Shown: positions 20,373-27,820 of the stretch, in pieces
Layout of the letters: every line of letters begins with the position of its first letter
How positions within the stretch are numbered: position 1 is the first letter of the stretch
From: a virus
Strand: one strand, 5' to 3'
Length of the DNA stretch: 64,000 nt
Virus record (IMG/VR): IMGVR_UViG_3300042389_001427
Span: 7,941 to 71,940 of that record
The notes under the pieces: model-generated
The model's input: the letters and a program-made list of their open reading frames with translations, nothing else
Databases searched by the model: none
What the model was told of the DNA's origin: nothing
Made by a program: the position numbers and the translations under genes

Positions 20373-20504
20373 TCAACGGATAGCGGCGAGGATTGCCTCA
20401 AGAATTGCGGCGGCCAGCCCTAAAAGGCTGGTCACGAAAATCACTCCAAGCACTGCAAAGAGCGGGAGAATCGCTTCAGCGATGTCGTTGTCGTCGAGTT
20501 TCAT
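20373..20504 (-). CDS. Small membrane peptide (43 aa; not in ORF track)
   Basis: MKLDDNDIAEAILPLFAVLGVIFVTSLLGLAAAILEAILAAIR*; lies between two palindromes, stop TGA inside one. Confidence 0.6.
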   Translation of the reverse strand: MKLDDNDIAEAILPLFAVLGVIFVTSLLGLAAAILEAILAAIR

Positions 20505-20517
20505 AGGTTGTTATCCG

Positions 20518-21078
20518 TTAAACGGATAAGGCGAGTTGCAGTTGATTCGGGTTCTCTTCTGGGGATTCGTAGAGCAGTTCAATCTCGCTCACCTCGTCCC
20601 AAGTCCACGACCCTGCGCCGATGGAGTAGACCTTCACCGGCACACCATCGACGTGGATGATGCTACCTTGCGTCGAGTCTTCCTCCTCGCCGTCGAGAAC
20701 GACCCACGAGAAAGTGTCCGTGGCTTCGTCGTAGCGGTATTTGGCATCGGTCGCCTTGAGGATCTTCTCCGCGTTCTCCTTGTCGAAGACGGGCATCGCC
20801 CATCCGTTCCAGAGAAAGCCCATCGTGTAGCCATCCGCGCAAAAGAACGGATCGTCTTCGTCCATCATCTCGATGGAGAAGCGGCCCTTGCGGTGGGGCG
20901 GGTTGTAGTTGAGTTCTTCTTCCGTCGCGGGACGGAAGTCCTCGTTGAAACGCTTCAAGTCCGCGATGTGGCGGACAAAGCCGCCGCCGGAGCGGTAGAA
21001 GGTTCCTGCTTCAGTATCAACTTCGATGGAGTCTTTGGGATAAGTTCCTCCACGAAGGACGTAGGTTTTTGCTGACAT
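20518..21078 (-). CDS. Hypothetical protein
   Basis: WNGWAMPVF, YSIGAGSWTW; leader module upstream; stop inside the palindrome. Confidence 0.75.
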   Translation of the reverse strand: MSAKTYVLRGGTYPKDSIEVDTEAGTFYRSGGGFVRHIADLKRFNEDFRPATEEELNYNPPHRKGRFSIEMMDEDDPFFCADGYTMGFLWNGWAMPVFDKENAEKILKATDAKYRYDEATDTFSWVVLDGEEEDSTQGSIIHVDGVPVKVYSIGAGSWTWDEVSEIELLYESPEENPNQLQLALSV

Positions 21079-21160
21079 AGGTTATTTCCTTTCTTTTTTG
21101 GGTTGATGTTCTTGGGGGAACAAGGGGTTGAATCCGTTGAACGGATATGTGGTGGCGCGG

Positions 21161-21385
21161 TTATGATAGATGATAGGATTCTACTTCTCCATGCTCCCGC
21201 GCGATGTAGTCGAGGGCGGAGCGGATTGCGGCTTGCGCCTCCGCATCGGACAAGTCGTCGCACGATCCATCGGTCATGCAACACCATCCGTTCTTGTCCG
21301 CAGCCCACAACGCGGCTAGCGGGTCACGAAGCGCGCCGCGATCCCGCAAGGGAATCCGTTGAACGGATTCGGGTAGCCTTTCCAT
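21161..21385 (-). CDS. Hypothetical protein
   Basis: AAAGGAGG SD; contains a palindrome copy near its 5' end. Confidence 0.55.
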   Translation of the reverse strand: MERLPESVQRIPLRDRGALRDPLAALWAADKNGWCCMTDGSCDDLSDAEAQAAIRSALDYIAREHGEVESYHLS

Positions 21386-21566
21386 GTTTTCCTCCTTTCT
21401 GGTTGAACCAATTCGGGAAGTGCCCGAAATCTCGGGGTTCCGTCACATTGGCGTTTTTTCCACAGACACCACACTTCCCGTAGTGCCAACAGGAAACCGC
21501 GCGGCGGAAGCCCGTTCCATGCTTCACGCCGCACGGATCACAAGTCCACGATGGGTATGCACTCAT
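21324..21566 (-). CDS. Small zinc-finger protein
   Basis: CDPCG...CGVCG, VTEPRDFG; ATGA overlap. Confidence 0.6.
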   Translation of the reverse strand: MSAYPSWTCDPCGVKHGTGFRRAVSCWHYGKCGVCGKNANVTEPRDFGHFPNWFNQKGGKHGKATRIRSTDSLAGSRRAS

Positions 21567-21820
21567 GTTGAGATGTATCGATTCCATAGATCGGGGTGCT
21601 TATCGAACAACTCCCAAGGGTTACACGCCGCCCATAGCTCCTCATGGAGCCGCGCCATGTGGGAGGTAGCCTCCTCACTCAAAGGGGAGCCCTCCCAAAC
21701 GATGTCTCTCGGATCGTCGTCCAAGTGATACTGCCTTTGGCGCTCCGCAAGCCAATACAGGTAAGCAACCGCGTCATCCTCGGATTGAACCCGAAGACTC
21801 GCCAATGTTTGATCGCTCAT
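21563..21820 (-). CDS. Hypothetical protein
   Basis: ATGA overlap; YHLDDDP. Confidence 0.6.
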   Translation of the reverse strand: MSDQTLASLRVQSEDDAVAYLYWLAERQRQYHLDDDPRDIVWEGSPLSEEATSHMARLHEELWAACNPWELFDKHPDLWNRYIST

Positions 21821-22119
21821 CCCAATTTCACGCGGCATGGCGCATCGTTTGAGTTGGTGAGCCATTTCTTGAACTCCCAAGCGGAGAGTTTAAGTGTGAA
21901 CTTCGTCCCCCCATCGGGTTCAAGCAGGGACAGCTTCACGCCACATTCCACGCCGCTGAACCCGGTGTGAACCATCTTCGCTTCGATGGTTCCGTATTGC
22001 TCCCCTCGGGGATCATCCGCCACCCACTTTTGGGTGAAGTATTTTTGGAGTAGCGCCTCTATATCTGCCTTCTGGCATTCCTGTCGGGTTTGGACAGGGG
22101 TTTTCTCTAATTGGATCAT
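21817..22119 (-). CDS. Hypothetical protein
   Basis: Leader module then MIQLEK. Confidence 0.65.
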   Translation of the reverse strand: MIQLEKTPVQTRQECQKADIEALLQKYFTQKWVADDPRGEQYGTIEAKMVHTGFSGVECGVKLSLLEPDGGTKFTLKLSAWEFKKWLTNSNDAPCRVKLG

Positions 22120-22173
22120 GGTTATTTTTCCTTTCTTTTTTGCTGGGTTATGTTCTGGAGGGAACAAATCCGT

Positions 22174-22389
22174 TCAACGGATACCGACAACCTGGATTCG
22201 GGTTGGCGACCACTCGCTCTCATGGGCGGCTTGGATTCCGCCGATGCGAACGAGGGCTTCCGACATGGTTCGGTAGTATTCCTTCCGCCCTTTGTTCGGG
22301 GCGGAATGAGTTCCATACACAAGAACCCAACCGAGCCGATCGGAGGGTTCGACTTGCGCCCAAAAATTGGGCAAGTTTATTTTAAACAT
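22174..22389 (-). CDS. Hypothetical protein
   Basis: Leader module; stop TGA inside the palindrome. Confidence 0.65.
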   Translation of the reverse strand: MFKINLPNFWAQVEPSDRLGWVLVYGTHSAPNKGRKEYYRTMSEALVRIGGIQAAHESEWSPTRIQVVGIR

Positions 22390-22440
22390 GGGTTATTTCC
22401 TTTCTTGTTTGGGTTGGTGTTCCGGGGGGAACGAATCCGT

Positions 22441-22563
22441 TCAACGGATATCGCAAATCCAATTGGTGATGAGCACCACATTGAGCGTGATGAGCACCGA
22501 GAGGATGAACAGGAGGACGAAGAACTTCTCCTTCTCCTCCTCAAGATTGAGTTTCTTTTTCAT
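22441..22563 (-). CDS. Small membrane peptide (40 aa; not in ORF track)
   Basis: MKKKLNLEEEKEKFFVLLFILSVLITLNVVLITNWICDIR*; stop inside the palindrome. Confidence 0.6.
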   Translation of the reverse strand: MKKKLNLEEEKEKFFVLLFILSVLITLNVVLITNWICDIR

Positions 22564-22580
22564 ACGGGGTTGCAAGGTTA

Positions 22581-22811
22581 TTATCTGTCGAAATCCGCAA
22601 GCGCAAGAGCAAACGGATTGTGTGTCAATGCGGCGGGCTGCGGGGTTCGCGGAGCGGGCGTGTCAAGTAGATTGACAACCTCGCCGCGCCCGCGCCAATT
22701 GCGGGGATCGCCCTCGAACTTGTAGCCGAGCATTGCTTCGCGGCTCAAGTCCTCATTGAGCCTGTTTGTGATCACCACATGGAGGTGGCGGATTTTCTGT
22801 GGGTTTTTCAT
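22581..22811 (-). CDS. Hypothetical protein
   Basis: Leader module upstream. Confidence 0.55.
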   Translation of the reverse strand: MKNPQKIRHLHVVITNRLNEDLSREAMLGYKFEGDPRNWRGRGEVVNLLDTPAPRTPQPAALTHNPFALALADFDR

Positions 22812-22879
22812 TTGTCTTTTTCCTTTCGTTTTTTGTTTCGGGTTATGTTCCGGGGGGAACGAATCCGTTCAACGGATAA

Positions 22880-23266
22880 TCAATAAATGTTGTGGTGGTT
22901 GTAGCACATCTTCTGAAGCGCACGGAGAGCCGAGGGGAGCGACGATCCATTATTAAACGCGAAGTCGAACTTCTCCTCTTCACTCATAGTGTCAAAGATC
23001 GCCCTTGCGGCGCGGGAGCCTTCCTCCTCATCGATGAGTTTGGGATCGCAAACCCTCTCTTGAATCTCTTCTTTTGTGGAAGGCGCAAGAAGCCCATCGA
23101 AGGCTTTGATCTTATCGAAATCCCGAAGGATGGAATCCAATGCGGGCTTGTGTTCCTCCCAAATTCCATCCCTACAAAGCTCAATTGTCGTAACAATTCG
23201 AGCGACCGCGTTGAGAGTTTGGGAGGCGTTTCTTAAAGCTGCCCGTAGTTCTGTCGTAGTAGTCAT
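22880..23266 (-). CDS. Hypothetical protein
   Basis: Bounded by palindromes at 23275 and 22863. Confidence 0.65.
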   Translation of the reverse strand: MTTTTELRAALRNASQTLNAVARIVTTIELCRDGIWEEHKPALDSILRDFDKIKAFDGLLAPSTKEEIQERVCDPKLIDEEEGSRAARAIFDTMSEEEKFDFAFNNGSSLPSALRALQKMCYNHHNIY

Positions 23267-23375
23267 ATGAAGTTATCCGTTTAACGGATTCGATTGTGAT
23301 ATGGATTGAAGTGGCGTGGTGCGCGAAGCGGGTAGGACGCCTCACGCATCACTTGGTTTTTATCCGTTCAACGGA

Positions 23376-23885
23376 TTACTTGCGGCTCGCGGCGTTATCG
23401 GCGCGGAGTTGCTTGAGAGCGCGATGGAGAACGGCGATTGCCATGTCCTTGGACATATTCGGGAGGGTGATCCCCTTGCCTTTCTTCACCTGTGCAACAA
23501 GTGATTCGGCGTGTTTCTGTGCCGCCTTGCTTTTGGCGGAGGAGTCCTTCTCCTTACGGCGCAATCCGTATTTGAGGAACAGATCGCTAATCCGTTGTGG
23601 CGTGAAGCCCGCATCTTCCAAGGCTTTCTGGATGTTCTCAATCTTTGCGCCCTGTTCAATCGCCTTAACGGCTTCCGCCTTGATCACGCCGATCTCTTCG
23701 TATGCCGCTTGAAGGATGTTTTCGTTCATCGCGATGCGATCGGCAATCCTCATTTCCGCCTTGGAAATGCCTTTGCTCTTCTTCGGGGTGAATTGAAGAT
23801 TCGGAACGGCGATTCCGTATGCTTCCTTTGTCTCGAAGAGAGAAGTGGCGATTGCGATTGCGTTGGTTTGTGCTGTCTTTTTCAT
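23376..23885 (-). CDS. Basic Lys/Ala-rich hypothetical protein, first gene of the early operon
   Basis: Bounded by palindromes at 23903 and 23362; possible DNA-binding protein. Confidence 0.7.
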   Translation of the reverse strand: MKKTAQTNAIAIATSLFETKEAYGIAVPNLQFTPKKSKGISKAEMRIADRIAMNENILQAAYEEIGVIKAEAVKAIEQGAKIENIQKALEDAGFTPQRISDLFLKYGLRRKEKDSSAKSKAAQKHAESLVAQVKKGKGITLPNMSKDMAIAVLHRALKQLRADNAASRK

Positions 23886-24030
23886 TGTTGTTTACTTTCT
23901 AAATCCGTTGAACGGATACCTGCATTTTTGTTTTGTTGTCGGCGGGCATGATTCCCGCTTCCAAAAATAAAGTGTCCGCCTTGCCTGTTTCCCTTGTGAA
24001 AATAGGTTTTGCGGTTATTATTTTTTCATC

Positions 24031-24540
24031 ATGGGAAGACTCGAAATTGCGGCGGATTGGCAAGCTATTCGTTCACTCTACTTGGATGGGGCAACCTATA
24101 GGGAATTGGGGGAAAAATTCGGAGTGAAGGAAGGCACGATAAAGGCAAGGGCGAATCGCGAAGGGTGGAGTAAAATCCCCGTAAGGCACAGAAACGCAAC
24201 GATTAGAAGCGTGAACAAGGAAAGTGCGGGAATAGCTCAAGAACTATGGTCAGATCGTAGGGAAAAGGTTAGGAATCAAGAGTTTGCGATAGCTTCCAAG
24301 ATATTGACATATGCCGAACAAATGAATGAAGATCAACTACTTGCGAAAGTAGACAAGATCAAAGTGGGAGCGGACATGGCAAGGCGGGCAAGTGGCTTGG
24401 ATAAAGAGGATAGCAACAAAAATGCTGTGAACATTGCGATCCTCTCGGATATTGATGGAATGTCAACGCCGGGAATAGTTTACGAAAAACAACCGAACCA
24501 AGGAGATTTGGAACAAACAGGTGACAAACTCGGTTTGTGA
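24031..24540 (+). CDS. terS: Terminase small subunit-like HTH protein
   Basis: DWQAIRSLYLDGATYRELGEKFGVKEGTIKARANREGW N-terminal HTH typical of TerS. Confidence 0.7.
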   Translation: MGRLEIAADWQAIRSLYLDGATYRELGEKFGVKEGTIKARANREGWSKIPVRHRNATIRSVNKESAGIAQELWSDRREKVRNQEFAIASKILTYAEQMNEDQLLAKVDKIKVGADMARRASGLDKEDSNKNAVNIAILSDIDGMSTPGIVYEKQPNQGDLEQTGDKLGL

Positions 24541-24678
24541 GGGTAAAACTACGGGTTTTGAATCTGTAAGCCCTACCACCCCATCCACTACTGTCCCCTC
24601 CCACCAACAACCTGACCAGCCAGAATTATAATATCATGCATTACAAATTTTTTTTCCTTTTTTGGGGGTTAATAACGA

Positions 24679-24903
24679 ATGACTCTATGGCTTGGCTCCG
24701 CTGAAGGAAGGCGTCCATACCGGAAGTGCTTTAAGAGGGCGTATAAAACTCTGGAATCCGCTAGAAAGTTTTGCGCCAGTTTCTGGCTGCGGGAGGGTCG
24801 CAATCAATGGGTGTATCGCTGCCCCAGGTGTGGGGCCTGGCACACAACTTCCAAGTCGATAGATGAGCAAATCAAAAAAGGATTGAGCACGACATTGAAG
24901 TAG
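24679..24903 (+). CDS. Small zinc-finger protein
   Basis: KCFKRAYKT...VYRCPRCGAWHTTS. Confidence 0.6.
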   Translation: MTLWLGSAEGRRPYRKCFKRAYKTLESARKFCASFWLREGRNQWVYRCPRCGAWHTTSKSIDEQIKKGLSTTLK

Positions 24904-24918
24904 GTTATTATAATTCGC

Positions 24919-24989
24919 TGCGGGGAGGAGACGGCTCTCCGGTCTGTCTCATAAGCAGACTTTTGAGGGTTCGACTCCCTCCCCCGCTA
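24919..24989 (+). tRNA. tRNA-Met(CAT), atypical, CCA not encoded
   Basis: Acceptor TGCGGGG/CCCCGCT; anticodon arm TCTGT-CTCATAA-GCAGA; T arm GAGGG-TTCGACT-CCCTC; short D arm. Confidence 0.8.
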
Positions 24990-25002
24990 AAGCAAGTAGC
25001 AC

Positions 25003-25197
25003 ATGAGTCTTCGATACGAGCAATACTGGGCCTTGAGGAAAACGAGAACTCTACTCTACGAGTTGCTCGACCCTAAGAAGCGCCCTAAAACAATCAAAGA
25101 GTTGCGCCAGCGGGTTAGGAGTTGCACCAAACACTTCCCCCTACTAATGCCCAACGGAAGACCGATCTGGTCGCAAGATGAATTTACCGAAGATTGA
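25003..25197 (+). CDS. Conserved phage hypothetical protein
   Basis: MSLRYEQYWAL...RSCTKHFP. Confidence 0.65.
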   Translation: MSLRYEQYWALRKTRTLLYELLDPKKRPKTIKELRQRVRSCTKHFPLLMPNGRPIWSQDEFTED

Positions 25198-25222
25198 CCG
25201 GTGTTGCTGGGCATTAAAATTT

Positions 25223-25395
25223 CCGCATTGAGCAGGTAGGATTACCAGATGACTCCGTATGGAGCACATCGAGGTCGGGAGGCGGTCTACAGAACCGGGC
25301 GCGACCCGGGGAGCCGAGTCCCAACGCGGGGCGTAAACCTTGGAAACCCGATACCTGAAAAGGCAGCGCGCAGCCGTCCTCAATGCGGCTTTTTT
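25223..25395 (+). ncRNA. Candidate structured ncRNA
   Basis: Nested helices CCGCATTGAG/CTCAATGCGG, CAGGTA/TACCTG, GACTC/GAGTC, GGTCG/CGACC; followed by a T6 run. Confidence 0.45.
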
Positions 25396-25404
25396 ATTGC
25401 TGCG

Positions 25405-25820
25405 ACGGGAACTTCCCTGTTTTATAAGTTCCCATACAAGTTCCCACAAACTAAACACATGAATTGGAGTCACTAAACCCTTGAAGGGAACTTGGGAACT
25501 TCCCCCTGTGTTCCTTTCTTCAATAGAAAAAATATATATATAGGAGTAGCGCACAATACCGGACACAAGCGATTCCCCGAATTCCCAGTTCCCAAGTTCC
25601 CGTTTAAAAGTAAAATATTCAGCGTCATTTGTTTAACATGGGGGAATTGCCCCGAAAACGCCAGTTCCGCAGAATGCTAGTTCCTCTCGGGCAGTTCCTG
25701 CGGGCAGGGATGACGCGGGCGCCAATAATTAACTCGCCCGTTAGTTTACTTGCGCCCTCTCCGATTTATACCCGATTTATGCCGGTTTATACTAATTTAT
25801 GCCGGTTTATACCCTAACTC
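25405..25820. other. Candidate replication origin or packaging-site region
   Basis: Clustered GTTCCC/GGGAAC repeats in both orientations, AT tract aaaaatatatatata, ~10-bp TTTATRCC tandem repeats. Confidence 0.5.
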
Positions 25821-26082
25821 GCCGTTTTCGGGTTCGTATTGTCGATGTAGAGGGGGTTGCTGACTGAAATCGGGGGGCAACTGTCGGATTTCGACACTTG
25901 AGCACAAATCCACTGGCGCGATTCGTGATTCGCGAATGGCGTTTCAAGAGGTAGGACTTTTTGTAGGATGTCCTGCGATGTGTGCAACTATAGTTGGCAG
26001 ATTTGCGGGAAAAACGCCAATCTGGAAACTATAGTGAGTTTAGCCTAAACTCGGATAAACTTGTTATAATTGGGGGGTGAGC

Positions 26083-26397
26083 TTATAACTCAAAGCCCCC
26101 CGGCTCGATTTGATAGGCTTTTCGAACTTTATCCCACGCTTGTCGATCGCAAGGATCGCCTAAAGGTTTACTTCCAGGGATTCTTTCAGCCTCTCGATAC
26201 GCCTCCTCCAACTCGCGCCTGATCGCGGCCTTTGAATGGCCGTCCAAAATAGGGTATATTTTAGCCAACCGTCTAGCGAAGTCGGGGGTCGCTGCGGTTC
26301 TGCGCCCAAGGAAGTATCTAAAGCTCCAGAACACGAGATCGGACACTCCGTTGAACTGGTCCAGTATTAGTTTGTCGTCTCTAGTTATTTTCTTCAT
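26083..26397 (-). CDS. Hypothetical protein
   Basis: WSFRYFLGRRT, LGDPCD..W; start at MKKITRDD. Confidence 0.65.
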   Translation of the reverse strand: MKKITRDDKLILDQFNGVSDLVFWSFRYFLGRRTAATPDFARRLAKIYPILDGHSKAAIRRELEEAYREAERIPGSKPLGDPCDRQAWDKVRKAYQIEPGGFEL

Positions 26398-26414
26398 AGT
26401 TATTTTCTTCGTGG

Positions 26415-26600
26415 TTATTTTTTGTAGGGAGGTTGTTCCGGGTGTGGCGTTGAAACCGGCCCCGAAGCAGTCCACCGCGTCGAAGACAATTCATCAAATC
26501 GGCGACTCCACTCGTCGCGATCGATTTTTCCGCTGGCGTAAAGCCAGTCGATTTTCGACTGTTCTTCCATTCTTACTGTCTTAGGTTTGTCGTTTTGCAT
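26415..26600 (-). CDS. Hypothetical protein
   Basis: ORF in operon context. Confidence 0.5.
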   Translation of the reverse strand: MQNDKPKTVRMEEQSKIDWLYASGKIDRDEWSRRFDELSSTRWTASGPVSTPHPEQPPYKK

Positions 26601-26606
26601 TGGTTT

Positions 26607-27035
26607 TTATTTTGTTGCGGTAAGTGTGCGCCTCTTTTTGGGTAAGGGCATTTGTATCAACTCTATGCCCAGTAGGGTTGCCACCTCCAAAGAGGAGCAG
26701 TCCTTTCGGTATGTTTCCTTGTAGACGACTCTCTTTATTTGGTGGGCGGCGATGCTCTTCAGGCAGTCGTTGCACGGGAGGAGTGTTGAGTAGAGTGCAA
26801 CTCCCTCCCCTGGTTTGGTATATCTCAGGGCGTTTTGTTCCGCGTGGATGACGAACAGCCTTCTTTTTGCGCGGGATCGCCAGCTTTCGGCAACTCCTTG
26901 CGGGAATCCGTTATACCCGACAGAGGCTACCGAGTTGTCATTTCTTAGAATGACCGCACCTACTTTTTGCCACGGGTCTTTGCTCTTTTTCGCAACCGCC
27001 TCCGCGATGGACATGGCATATTCATCCCAGCTCAT
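26607..27035 (-). CDS. dCMP deaminase
   Basis: SKDPWQKVGA, GYNGFP, HAEQNA, PCNDC zinc motifs; start MSWDEY. Confidence 0.92.
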   Translation of the reverse strand: MSWDEYAMSIAEAVAKKSKDPWQKVGAVILRNDNSVASVGYNGFPQGVAESWRSRAKRRLFVIHAEQNALRYTKPGEGVALYSTLLPCNDCLKSIAAHQIKRVVYKETYRKDCSSLEVATLLGIELIQMPLPKKRRTLTATK

Positions 27036-27292
27036 ATCAACGGCGGCCGGTTGAGAATGTCGTTGAGTCTGTCGAGCAGATCGGCTTCCCTTTTCGCGCT
27101 CATGCTCAGTAAGCGGGCTTGCCTGCTGCACTCTCTCCGCGCCTCGTTGAGCTCGCGTTCCAGGCGGCGGCAAAGATCGACGAGGGGACTGTCGTAGGTA
27201 ACTCCTTCACTTGTCTCCGATAAAAACGGACGCCTCCATTTTTTCATTTCGGCGATAGCCGCGTCCGTCTTCGAATTGTGCGATTCAATCAC
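27032..27292 (-). CDS. Hypothetical coiled-coil protein
   Basis: CRRLERELNEAR; GTG start overlapping the upstream stop (start uncertain). Confidence 0.5.
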   Translation of the reverse strand: MIESHNSKTDAAIAEMKKWRRPFLSETSEGVTYDSPLVDLCRRLERELNEARRECSRQARLLSMSAKREADLLDRLNDILNRPPLI

Positions 27293-27485
27293 GACCCGAT
27301 TCCTTCTCTTTTTGGAGTTTTTCCACCAAGTCCCAAGCTGCGCCCTCCTCCCCACATAGGGGACACAGTTGAAAATTCGGCTCGTTTCTTTCAACAGCCA
27401 CCATCACCGCCACCGCAATGTAGACTACCGCGATCACGGCTATAATAATCCAATTTCTAACTTTATTTTGTGTGTTGTCTTTCAT
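27285..27485 (-). CDS. Small membrane protein with CxxC
   Basis: Hydrophobic helix; LCPLCG. Confidence 0.55.
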   Translation of the reverse strand: MKDNTQNKVRNWIIIAVIAVVYIAVAVMVAVERNEPNFQLCPLCGEEGAAWDLVEKLQKEKESGRD

Positions 27486-27820
27486 AGTGTTCTATCCCAT
27501 AGTTTTTTAACCCACATTGGAGTTTCGTCGGTTATTTTCAACCCCGTCCATTTGCGCGCTTCCTGCGGTCTCTCGGGCGTTTTAATCTTCTTCGGGGCGG
27601 CCGGTTTTTTAGGTTTTACCTCTTTTTTCTTTGGCGTTTTTGTCAGCGGCTTGCGCCGATATCTGCCCGAGCGCCTGTCGATGTAGTCCCATTTTTCGAC
27701 AATCACTTCTTTCGTGTAAGTGATGTGTCCATTACTACAGCGGCGCTTTCGCTCGCGACCCCCACTCACCTTTCTTGTATCTGCAACAATTGTATAGTTA
27801 TGGCACTTCGGACATTTCAT
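27482..27820 (-). CDS. Zinc-ribbon (NrdR-N/Ogr-like) putative regulator
   Basis: MKCPKC...DTR...RKRRCSNGH..T.E. Confidence 0.7.
   Translation of the reverse strand: MKCPKCHNYTIVADTRKVSGGRERKRRCSNGHITYTKEVIVEKWDYIDRRSGRYRRKPLTKTPKKKEVKPKKPAAPKKIKTPERPQEARKWTGLKITDETPMWVKKLWDRTL

Larger units (their letters stand above)
13797..22860 (-). promoter_or_regulatory. Repeated leader module: GTTC-N6-GAAC, then AACCCAAACAA, GAAAGGA SD and ATG
   Basis: GTTC-N6(7)-GAAC at 13824, 17341, 17713, 19257, 20341, 21108, 22152, 22419, 22847, each about 30-35 bp upstream of a minus-strand start codon. Confidence 0.85.
14967..23917. repeat. Dispersed 15-bp palindrome ATCCGTT-N-AACGGAT, 13 copies
   Basis: Starts at 14967, 17735, 19282, 20367, 20513, 21132, 21354, 22168, 22435, 22863, 23275, 23362, 23903; half site at 17366. 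Confidence 0.95.

Noticed and set aside
13824-22860. Canonical Verrucomicrobia LexA boxes
   Set aside because: The spacer is N6-7, not N4; kept only as a resemblance.
14967-23917. Palindrome series as a CRISPR array
   Set aside because: Spacing is irregular and gene-sized (about 90-2800 bp), the repeat is only 15 bp, and there is no cas operon; the Cas4-like domain is a usual phage replication nuclease.
14967-23917. Classical integron
   Set aside because: No RYYYAAC...GTTRRRY attC structures, and the integrase looks like a phage integrase with its own tRNA attP; only the analogy is kept.
25246-25270. Hammerhead ribozyme core (CAGATGA plus hairpin)
   Set aside because: Mismatch to CUGAUGA and no GAAA after the stem.
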